Source of the DNA: a virus | Taxonomy: Duplodnaviria > Caudoviricetes | IMG/VR virus record: IMGVR_UViG_3300037309_000033 | Location: 1-42,446 of that record | DNA: 42,446 bases | Direction: 5' to 3' (one strand) | In this document: positions 1 through 6,743 of the stretch, in pieces | How the letters are laid out: each line of letters begins with the position of its first letter | Position numbering within the stretch: position 1 is the first letter of the stretch | Made by a program: the position numbers and the translations under genes | The notes under the pieces: model-generated | What the model was told of the DNA's origin: nothing | Database searches by the model: none | Seen by the model: only the letters and a program-made list of their open reading frames with translations

Positions 1-132
1 ATCTCCGGCGTGATGTGCCAGCTCTGGTCGTCGTCGTTCAGCGACTATCTGGCGCCGGAGTGGGCCAGCCGGGCGGCTCCGGTCATCCACGCGCCGCACT
101 TCGGCGTGTTCGGCGTGGCGACCCATCAGGAG
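1..132. repeat. Terminal direct repeat, left copy (assembly overlap of a circular genome)
   Basis: 1-132 matches 42315-42446 except T16 vs C42330. The primase frame reads continuously across the join. Confidence 0.95.
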
Positions 133-816
133 CTTTATACCGCGCTCGCTGGCGGCGATCTGGTCAATGGCTTCCTGAACCGCTTCCTGCTTCTCTCCAC
201 CCAATCCCGCGGCTCGGATCAAGACGTCGCCGATGGCTCCCGCGCTCTGCCCGACCAGCTGCGCGACGATCTGCGGGCCATCGCCATCGACGGCAGCCCC
301 TTCAGCGCCACCCTGCACAATGGCCGGAGCGACGACCCGCCGATCGTGGCCCGTTGGCGCGATGACGAGGCGAAAGCGCGGTGGACCGCGTTCGCCAAGC
401 GCTGCGAGCTGTTGGAGGGCATCGAGGCCGCGTTCTTCGCCCGGAGCGCCGAGATGGCCATTCGCCTCGCCACCCTGCGCTCGGTCGGCGAAAACTGGCT
501 TGAGCCGCGGGTCAGCCTCGCTGCGGTCGATTGGGGCATCGCCTTGGCTACGTGGTCTGCGGAGACGATGATGGCCGAGACTCGAGATTACATGGCCGAG
601 ACCGACTTCCAGGCGCAGTGCAAGACCGTGCTGCGGCTCCTGCGCCAACACGGCGAGATGAGCCGCACCCACATGTTGAAGTCGCTTCAGCACCGCCTCA
701 AGGGCCGCGAGCTGCAGGACGTGTTGACCAGCTTGATCGACGCCGACGACGTTGTGGTGCGGCAGGAGAAGAACCCCAACGGCGGGCCGCCGCGCCAGCT
801 GTTCACAGCGGTATGA
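1..816 (+). CDS. C-terminal part of primase (DUF3987-like domain and winged helix), continued from 40803
   Basis: In frame with the ORF running off the right end. GFLNRFL motif is typical of DUF3987/YfjI-like domains. Confidence 0.8.
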   Translation: MSGVMCQLWSSSFSDYLAPEWASRAAPVIHAPHFGVFGVATHQELYTALAGGDLVNGFLNRFLLLSTQSRGSDQDVADGSRALPDQLRDDLRAIAIDGSPFSATLHNGRSDDPPIVARWRDDEAKARWTAFAKRCELLEGIEAAFFARSAEMAIRLATLRSVGENWLEPRVSLAAVDWGIALATWSAETMMAETRDYMAETDFQAQCKTVLRLLRQHGEMSRTHMLKSLQHRLKGRELQDVLTSLIDADDVVVRQEKNPNGGPPRQLFTAV

Positions 817-827
817 AGGAGAATTTG

Positions 828-1289
828 ATGTGGCGTTTTAACATAGAGATCCCAGAAAAAGCCGGTCCGGTTCTTGTTTGTTTTTGGGCGCCTCAGGGTT
901 ATTGGACCGATCCGCGTTTGGTTGTCAAACGAGGAAAGGATTTGTATTGTTTGCACACTGATAAGCCTGTTTTTCAGAGGTTTTGGTCTAACCAGTGTGA
1001 TTTTGCTTGGATGAAAGTGCCGCCACTGCGCCACAAGGTTGAGCGCTGGATTGATGAAGATGTGCAGCGAGCGCTGTTCCACATGCGCATTGAACAACTC
1101 AACTTGCCCACTCGTGCGCGCAATTGCTTTGTCAATGCAAGAATAGAGACTGTCGGCTTTGTGCCTGCCAATCCTGCGGTGCGATTGATGTGGCCAAACT
1201 ACGGAACAAAGTGCGACGATGCGTTTGTCGAGGCGTTGTTGAGCGCTTACCAGTCGCTCGGCATCGATAAGCCCAGCGACTACCCTTGA
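828..1289 (+). CDS. AT-rich protein with a C-terminal RNA polymerase alpha-CTD-like domain
   Basis: AAGGAG RBS at 816-821 (alternative ATG at 813). IEQLNLPTRARNC...IETVG...PNYGTKC resembles the alphaCTD pattern LELTVRSANC...PNLGKKS. Confidence 0.7.
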   Translation: MWRFNIEIPEKAGPVLVCFWAPQGYWTDPRLVVKRGKDLYCLHTDKPVFQRFWSNQCDFAWMKVPPLRHKVERWIDEDVQRALFHMRIEQLNLPTRARNCFVNARIETVGFVPANPAVRLMWPNYGTKCDDAFVEALLSAYQSLGIDKPSDYP

Positions 1290-1343
1290 TTGCTATCGCA
1301 AGGGACGGCGATCGGGCGCTGAGAAAATGGATGGAAGCCTCTT

Positions 1344-1368
1344 AAAGCCCCGCAAGGGGCTTTTTTAT
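1344..1368 (+). terminator. Intrinsic terminator
   Basis: AAAGCCCC-GCAA-GGGGCTTT hairpin followed by a T-run. Confidence 0.85.
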
Positions 1369-1383
1369 TGCCCTGCGCCGGCA

Positions 1384-1602
1384 GGAGTTAGTTCAAGTGC
1401 CCGGCCACTCAAATGTGGCGAAAAAACCGGCTTTGCGGCTGAAATGCGGCGAAACTGCCTTATTTTCCTGGCGAGGTCCTTGAACTAACTCCCCACTAAG
1501 TCTTTGATGTATATGTGATATAGTTAGTTAGTTCATTCATGTAGACCCCCTTGAGGGTAGCAATATGGCTCTCAAGAGGGCCTTATGGGTGAGAACTAAC
1601 TA
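1384..1602. promoter_or_regulatory. Candidate replication origin or protein-binding array (AGTTAGTTC inverted repeats)
   Basis: Perfect 14-bp inverted repeat at 1384-1397/1479-1492, 10-bp inverted repeat at 1525-1534/1593-1602, AT-rich core, non-coding, just downstream of primase. Confidence 0.5.
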
Positions 1603-1639
1603 CCCCCCTTTGTGCCGCCTTTCTGGGCGCAGCCATCGC

Positions 1640-1669
1640 TTGCCGTCGCGCGCGGTTTGCTGTTAGGCT
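1640..1669 (+). promoter_or_regulatory. Putative sigma70 promoter giving a leaderless mRNA for 1676
   Basis: TTGCCG-N18-TAGGCT with ATG 6 nt downstream. Confidence 0.4.
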
Positions 1670-1675
1670 GGCTCC

Positions 1676-1870
1676 ATGGCTGACAGCCCCGCACCAGGCT
1701 TTGTGATCACCATCGAGGATGGTTTCGCTCTGCGTCGCCTCATCAGGCAGCGTCCTGAATGGGCGCAGGTCTCAGAGGCGCTCGACGGTCTTTTAGCGCC
1801 CGACTATTGCGAGCTGTTGGACTTGATCGCGTCTTACGCGGTCCAGCCTGAAACACCGCCTACAGATTGA
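1676..1870 (+). CDS. Hypothetical protein
   Basis: 64-aa ORF immediately after the putative promoter. Confidence 0.5.
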   Translation: MADSPAPGFVITIEDGFALRRLIRQRPEWAQVSEALDGLLAPDYCELLDLIASYAVQPETPPTD

Positions 1871-1957
1871 CCCTGCAGCCGAACGGCGGCACACCCCTCT
1901 GGCGCATCCCTAACACCCTGATCGGCCGCCCGCTTTGACGCTGGGAGGCCGTCCTAC

Positions 1958-2293
1958 ATGCTCGTTCCGCTTGGAGCCCTGACCGGGTTCTCGCTCGCCG
2001 CCGAGGTGCGCCTGGTCGCCGCCTACTACGGCGTCAGGGCGCGCTCCCTGCGCACCGCGCGCGGTCCCGTCTCAGAACGCATGGCCATGGCCCGACACGC
2101 CCTCTCCTGGCGGCTGGTGCATGTGCATGGCTTCTCAGCCCGTCGTGCCGCCCAGATGCTCGGTGTGCCGCCTCAGAGCGTCCACTACGGCGCTACCACC
2201 CATCAGGCCCGCATCGCCGAGTTTCAGGCCACCGCTGGAGGCATGGCGCCGCTTGCTGTGGCCTCCAGCCCTGCTGAGGAGGATCCGGCATGA
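1958..2293 (+). CDS. DnaA domain IV-like HTH protein
   Basis: VAAYYGV...L...R...MARHALSWRL...FSARRAAQMLG...QSVHYG follows the Bac_DnaA_C pattern. GGAGG RBS. Confidence 0.6.
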   Translation: MLVPLGALTGFSLAAEVRLVAAYYGVRARSLRTARGPVSERMAMARHALSWRLVHVHGFSARRAAQMLGVPPQSVHYGATTHQARIAEFQATAGGMAPLAVASSPAEEDPA

Positions 2294-2634
2294 TCCGCCG
2301 CTGGCCTACATCGCCAGCCGAGGCCGCTTTGTGTTGGCCGCGCGCTTGGCGTCTGACCGGTAGCCACGCATGGATTTTGACGTTGCTCGTCCGCCGCACT
2401 CAGGGCCTTACAAAAGAGGCGATTTACGACAGCCTTTACGCTGATCGCCTTGACGGCGGCCCTGAACCCAAGATCATCCAAGTTCGCATCTCTCAGCTCC
2501 GCCGGCAGCTCAAAGCTCACGTGCCAAGTCTTGGCCCTCTCGCCGGCATCGAACCACAATGGTCGGTCGGCTACCGGCTGGCGGACGCCGCTCGCATCAC
2601 TCTGCTCGACTACTACATGGAGCCCCAAGAATGA
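2290..2634 (+). CDS. Stand-alone OmpR/CtrA-type winged-helix DNA-binding protein with no receiver domain
   Basis: LTKEAIYDSLY...GPEPKIIQVRISQLRRQL...IEPQWSVGYRL parallels the CtrA effector domain. Confidence 0.75.
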   Translation: MIRRWPTSPAEAALCWPRAWRLTGSHAWILTLLVRRTQGLTKEAIYDSLYADRLDGGPEPKIIQVRISQLRRQLKAHVPSLGPLAGIEPQWSVGYRLADAARITLLDYYMEPQE

Positions 2635-3074
2635 CGCCCAGCGCCGCAGACTTGGACGCCATCACCGACCGCATCCACACCGCCTGCCTCACCATTGCCT
2701 GCCTGCCCAGTGACGGCCCCCGCGCCACCTTCTCGACATGGCCCGCCTACCGTCATGACTGGTGGGACTGGGGCAACGAGGCCAGCCGCCTCTCTGATGC
2801 TGACATCGCACGCCGCCTGCTGAAGCCACCGCGCTTCACCCCGACGCCTCGGCAGGTCGACGACGCCCTGCCCGCTCTGGCCCTGCTGGACGGCGTGGAC
2901 CGCACCACACGCCTCGTCGTCGCCGCTCGGGCCGCCCAGCTTTGGTACGATTTGGACGGCGGCTGGCGGGCCATCGGACGCGCCGCTGGGACGTCGCATG
3001 AGGCAGCCCGTCGTAAGCATTGGCAGGCAACGGTTCTGGCTTGGTCGCGCGCCGCCCGCTTGGACACTTTGTGA
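2631..3074 (+). CDS. DUF6362-like putative late-gene regulator with C-terminal HTH
   Basis: FSTWP...PTPRQVDDAL...RLVVAARA...WRAIGRAAGTSHEAARRKH. Sits upstream of HNH/cos where late regulators usually lie. Confidence 0.55.
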   Translation: MTPSAADLDAITDRIHTACLTIACLPSDGPRATFSTWPAYRHDWWDWGNEASRLSDADIARRLLKPPRFTPTPRQVDDALPALALLDGVDRTTRLVVAARAAQLWYDLDGGWRAIGRAAGTSHEAARRKHWQATVLAWSRAARLDTL

Positions 3075-3158
3075 GGCCACCGCGTTGACAGACCGCTCGC
3101 GTTGGATGCACACCGCCGGTGTCCAATCGGGCGCTACGCCCCCGGCCACCCACCCTCC

Positions 3159-3491
3159 ATGATCCGCCCTCGACGCAACCCACCGGCCTACCTCGTCTGG
3201 TACCGCACCACCGCGTGGCGACGCCGCTCGGCCAGCCAGCTAAGCCTGGAGCCCTGGTGCCGCTTCCACGCCGAGCGTGGCGAGCGGGTCAAGGCCACCG
3301 TTGCTGACCACGTGACGCCCCACCGCGGCGTCGAGACGGCCTTCTGGAGCGGCGCCCTGCAGTCGCTGTGCGCCCGCTGCCATTCGTCGGTCAAGCAGGC
3401 TATCGAAGCAGGCAAGCGCGCCGGCTGCGACGCCAGCGGCCTGCCAATCGATCCTGGCCACCCGTGGTCCGGCGAAGCCAAGCCTCGCTAG
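3159..3491 (+). CDS. HNH endonuclease (packaging-associated)
   Basis: EPWCRFH...ATVADHVTPHRG...LQSLCARCHS motif, next to the cos-like region. Confidence 0.85.
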   Translation: MIRPRRNPPAYLVWYRTTAWRRRSASQLSLEPWCRFHAERGERVKATVADHVTPHRGVETAFWSGALQSLCARCHSSVKQAIEAGKRAGCDASGLPIDPGHPWSGEAKPR

Positions 3492-3586
3492 GGGGGGGGG
3501 ATTCAGACCTGTAAAGGTCGATTGTAGGAACGGCGCGGGCACATTTCCGCGAGGTTCCGGAGGTTTTCGGGGCAAGGGGGTTCAGG
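3491..3586. other. Probable cos / packaging initiation region
   Basis: G10 tract and GACCT-GTAA-AGGTC hairpin between HNH and the packaging genes. The + strand switches from C-rich to G-rich here. Layout matches HK97-like cos phages. Confidence 0.5.
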
Positions 3587-4912
3587 GTGGCGAGAAAGGC
3601 GGCGAAGCCTGCGCCGGTCATTGTGATGCGGCCCGTTTCGGAGCTTCGCCCCAATGCCAGGAACGCGCGCACCCACAGCCCTGAGCAGGTCGCGCTGATC
3701 GCTAAGTCGATTGCGCGGTTTGGCTTCACCAATCCGTTGCTGACGGATGGCGCTGAAGGCGTCGTGGCAGGCCACGGGCGGCTAGAGGCCGCTCTGCAGC
3801 TGGGCTTGGACAAGGTGCCGACCATCGAGCTGTCGCACCTCTCCGAGCGCGACCGACGCGCCTACATGCTGGCGGACAACCAGCTTGCGCTCCGCGCTGG
3901 CTGGGACGACGCGCTGCTGCGCCTGGAGGCGAAGGAGTTATCTGATCTGGGCGAGGGCCTGGGCGATCTGGGCTTTCTCGACGAGGACGTCGCGGATCTG
4001 CTCGGCTCGCGGCAGGTCGGCCTAACCGACCCAGACGAAGCGCCGGCTGCGCCTGCGGAGCCGGTGACGCGCCCAGGCGATCTGTGGCTGCTCGGTCGGC
4101 ATCGCATCTTGTGCGGCGACAGCACGAGCGCCGCTGACGTGGCTCGGGTGATGGGTGAGGCCAAGCCGCGCCTGATGGTCACCGACCCGCCCTACGGCGT
4201 CGAGTACGACGCGTCCTGGCGGCAGAAGGCAGGCATCGGATCGGCGGGCGCCGCTGTCGGCGCGGTGTTGAACGATGACAGGGCCGACTGGCGCGAAGCC
4301 TGGGCGCTCTTTCCTGGCGCGGTGGCCTATGTGTGGCACGGCGGCCTGCATGCCGCGACGGTGGCTGCGAGCCTCGACGCTGTGCGGCTGCGGACGCGAG
4401 CTCAGATTGTCTGGGTGAAGCAGCGCGGCGCGATTGGGCGTGGCGCTTATCACTGGCAGCACGAGCCTGCCTGGTATGCGGTGCGCGAAGGCGAGGACGA
4501 CGCGTGGCAGCGGTTTGAGCCCGACCACGAGGTCGCCGCTTATGCCGTGAAGGATGGCGCCACCGCGCAATGGCGCGGCGGTCGCAAGCAGACGACTGTT
4601 TGGTTCATCGAGCACGTCAAATCCGAGACCGGGCATTCGACGCAGAAGCCGATCGAGTGCATGCGCCGGCCGATCGTCAACAACTCGGCTCCTGGCGAGC
4701 ACGTCTACGAGCCCTTCTCGGGATCTGGGACGAAGATCATGGCCTGCGAGATCACCGGCCGGGCCTGCATCGCGGTGGAGCTTAACGCGCCTTACGTCGA
4801 TGTCGCGGTGGAGCGCTGGCAGGCGTATTGCGGCGAGGAGGCCACGCTTGAGGGCGATGGCCGCTCCTTTGCTGAAGTGCGAAAGGAGCGGCTCGCAGGC
4901 GCTACTCGGTAG
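3587..4912 (+). CDS. ParB-like N-terminal domain plus N6A/N4C DNA methyltransferase (beta order)
   Basis: NARTHS...GFTNP...AGHGR (ParB-like); TDPPY; HSTQKP; EPFSGSGT. Confidence 0.92.
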   Translation: MARKAAKPAPVIVMRPVSELRPNARNARTHSPEQVALIAKSIARFGFTNPLLTDGAEGVVAGHGRLEAALQLGLDKVPTIELSHLSERDRRAYMLADNQLALRAGWDDALLRLEAKELSDLGEGLGDLGFLDEDVADLLGSRQVGLTDPDEAPAAPAEPVTRPGDLWLLGRHRILCGDSTSAADVARVMGEAKPRLMVTDPPYGVEYDASWRQKAGIGSAGAAVGAVLNDDRADWREAWALFPGAVAYVWHGGLHAATVAASLDAVRLRTRAQIVWVKQRGAIGRGAYHWQHEPAWYAVREGEDDAWQRFEPDHEVAAYAVKDGATAQWRGGRKQTTVWFIEHVKSETGHSTQKPIECMRRPIVNNSAPGEHVYEPFSGSGTKIMACEITGRACIAVELNAPYVDVAVERWQAYCGEEATLEGDGRSFAEVRKERLAGATR

Positions 4913-5117
4913 GCGTGCTTTTAAAGCGCTGGATCCAGTTCCCGCGCTCGCCAGGGTTCATTTCGAGAAGGACGGCCATCAAACGCGCCGCTGGGCCTGT
5001 CGGCCCTTCGACGGCGAAGCGCTGCGCGGTTCTGGGCGAAACGCCAAGCACCCTGCCCGCTCCGACCTGTGAAAGGCCGAGGCGGGCGATGGCGTCGCGG
5101 TATTCGTCAGGTGTCAT
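4902..5117 (-). CDS. Small XRE/Cro-type HTH regulator
   Basis: MTPDEYRDAIARLGLSQVGAGRVLGVSPRTAQRF HTH. Translationally coupled to the upstream ORF. Confidence 0.8.
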   Translation of the reverse strand: MTPDEYRDAIARLGLSQVGAGRVLGVSPRTAQRFAVEGPTGPAARLMAVLLEMNPGERGNWIQRFKSTPTE

Positions 5118-5374
5118 CAGGTGTATTCTCCGCGGCGAGCCTGCATCACTTGGTCAATGGCGGCGAAGGTTTCCTCTTCGTTGATGCAAAGGCGGTCTAA
5201 GATCTTCAGCGGCTCTTTGGAAAGGTCGTGCATCTCGGTGACGTCGTTCAAGTTGGCCGCGCCTTGAGCCGCGCCTGGGTGCTTTTCGAGCAATTCGGCA
5301 ATCTGGCTCAGGTAGTTCAAGGCGTGCCCGCGGTGGTAAGCGAAGCGGGCTTGCGTTTGTTCTTGGCTAGTCAT
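5117..5374 (-). CDS. Hypothetical protein (cassette 1)
   Basis: GGAG RBS before ATG 5374, downstream of the repeated promoter/leader. Confidence 0.65.
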   Translation of the reverse strand: MTSQEQTQARFAYHRGHALNYLSQIAELLEKHPGAAQGAANLNDVTEMHDLSKEPLKILDRLCINEEETFAAIDQVMQARRGEYT

Positions 5375-5389
5375 CTCGGTGTTCTCCGC

Positions 5390-5453
5390 CGGCCCGAGCC
5401 CAATTGCCCGCAACCAACGCCGATAATCTACGCCATTTTGGCGTAGCCATCAA
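5390..5453 (-). promoter_or_regulatory. Cassette promoter copy 1 with palindromic operator and conserved leader
   Basis: Minus strand TTGATG-N17-TAGATT. Palindrome CTACGCCA-TTT-TGGCGTAG at 5428-5446. 5390-5421 is identical to 5828-5859. Confidence 0.7.
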
Positions 5454-5479
5454 GCGCAATTGACCATGTTTTTCAGGCG

Positions 5480-5812
5480 TTATTCGGCGGCCTCGGCGTG
5501 AATGCCTTCGTTGATCACAAAGCCGGTTAGGTAGGGCATCCCAGCCGGGATGCCGGTGTCGCGCGAGGTGTTCTCGCTGATCGTCCAGCCCATCCACCGG
5601 GCGATCGCCTTGTTCATGCCGTAGCCGATGACGTCGTCGGCGAAATGCCGGCCGCTCCGGCTGTCGAGGAAGGCGCGGACTTGGTGGTCGTCGCAGCTGG
5701 TCGCTGCCTTAATCGCTGCGAAGGCGTCAGCCCAGCAGGCGTCGAGGTCGGTATAACCGGCGTTCCGCATGGTGCCCCAAAAGCCCCAGGATTCGTTTTG
5801 CGTCGCAATCAT
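5480..5812 (-). CDS. Conserved phage hypothetical protein (cassette 2)
   Basis: NESWGFWGTM...FLDSRSGRHFADDV...WMGWTI...GMPYLTGFV. I recall this family beside prophage MTases; function unknown. Confidence 0.7.
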   Translation of the reverse strand: MIATQNESWGFWGTMRNAGYTDLDACWADAFAAIKAATSCDDHQVRAFLDSRSGRHFADDVIGYGMNKAIARWMGWTISENTSRDTGIPAGMPYLTGFVINEGIHAEAAE

Positions 5813-5827
5813 GGCTGTTTGTCCCGT

Positions 5828-5890
5828 CGGCCCGAGCCCAATTGCCCGCAACCAACGCCATCACACTACGCCATTTTGGCGCATATGCAA
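5828..5890 (-). promoter_or_regulatory. Cassette promoter copy 2 with operator and conserved leader
   Basis: Minus strand TTGCAT-N16-TAGTGT. CTACGCCATTTTGGCG at 5866-5881. Confidence 0.7.
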
Positions 5891-5967
5891 GGGCTAAAAT
5901 GTTCAGTTTCGAGTTTTGGTTCGGGCGCGCTTCAGTGCTCGGGCGTATTGAGGGAGAATTGAAAGCC

Positions 5968-6210
5968 ATGGGTATCAAACTCGACGCGCTGATTGCGCAG
6001 GTCACCGAAGTGACCACCGTCACCGGCTCCGCCGTCACCTTGATCACCGGCATCGCCGACGAGCTGGCGACCTTGAAGGCGTCGCTCGCTGATCAGCCTG
6101 CTGTGCAGGCCAAGATCGACGAGCTGGTCGAGCAGCTGGACAACGGCGCTGACACGCTGGCTGCGGCGGTCGCCGCCAACACGCCCGCCGCCGAGCCGCC
6201 CGTCGCCTAA
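5968..6210 (+). CDS. Coiled-coil hypothetical protein
   Basis: Heptad-like helical sequence, GAGGGAG upstream. Alternative start at 5899. Confidence 0.65.
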   Translation: MGIKLDALIAQVTEVTTVTGSAVTLITGIADELATLKASLADQPAVQAKIDELVEQLDNGADTLAAAVAANTPAAEPPVA

Positions 6211-6215
6211 CTCCG

Positions 6216-6743
6216 ATGGGCAAACGCGGTCCTCCTCCAAAGCCCGAGGCTCTCGTGGTGCTGGAGGGGGATCGCTCCAAGGGCAAGAAGAAGGCGTTCA
6301 AGGAAGTTCAGACCCCTGCAGCGGCGCCGGTATCCGAGCCACCGGAACACCTCAGCGAGCATGCTAAAGCCGAATGGCGACGGCTCTACGGCCCGCTGCA
6401 GAGGTCTGGCCTTCTGACTTTCACCGATCTGTCGGCGTTTGAAGCCTATTGCGGCGTGTACGGACGATGGCGCGAGGCTGAAGAGCAACTGAAGAACGGC
6501 CCTAAGCTCCTAAAGACGCCTAATGGAAGTGTGCAGCCGAATCCATGGTTGACGGTAGCGCGCCAGAACGCCGAGCTGATGAAGGGCTACCTAATCGAGT
6601 TCGGCATGACGCCCGCCGCACGCGCGCGGATGGCGACAAGCGCGCCGCCTCCGCAGGGGGACCAACCAAGAGGCGAAGCTCCAAAGGGGCCGGAGCAGCC
6701 GGCAGTGGCGGGCAAGTTTCACGGCCTGGTGGGGCGGGCCTAA
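6216..6743 (+). CDS. terS: Terminase small subunit (P27 family)
   Basis: RGPPPKP...PPEHL...AKAEWRR...YC...NPWL...EFGMTPAARAR. Confidence 0.92.
   Translation: MGKRGPPPKPEALVVLEGDRSKGKKKAFKEVQTPAAAPVSEPPEHLSEHAKAEWRRLYGPLQRSGLLTFTDLSAFEAYCGVYGRWREAEEQLKNGPKLLKTPNGSVQPNPWLTVARQNAELMKGYLIEFGMTPAARARMATSAPPPQGDQPRGEAPKGPEQPAVAGKFHGLVGRA

Noticed and set aside
1-132. Biological terminal repeat of the virion DNA
   Set aside because: It falls mid-primase, and HNH plus P27 TerS point to cos packaging near 3500. Assembly overlap is more likely.
3587-4912. Calling the MTase CcrM or part of a restriction-modification system
   Set aside because: It is the common ParB-fused phage type, its specificity cannot be read from sequence, and no cognate endonuclease is evident.
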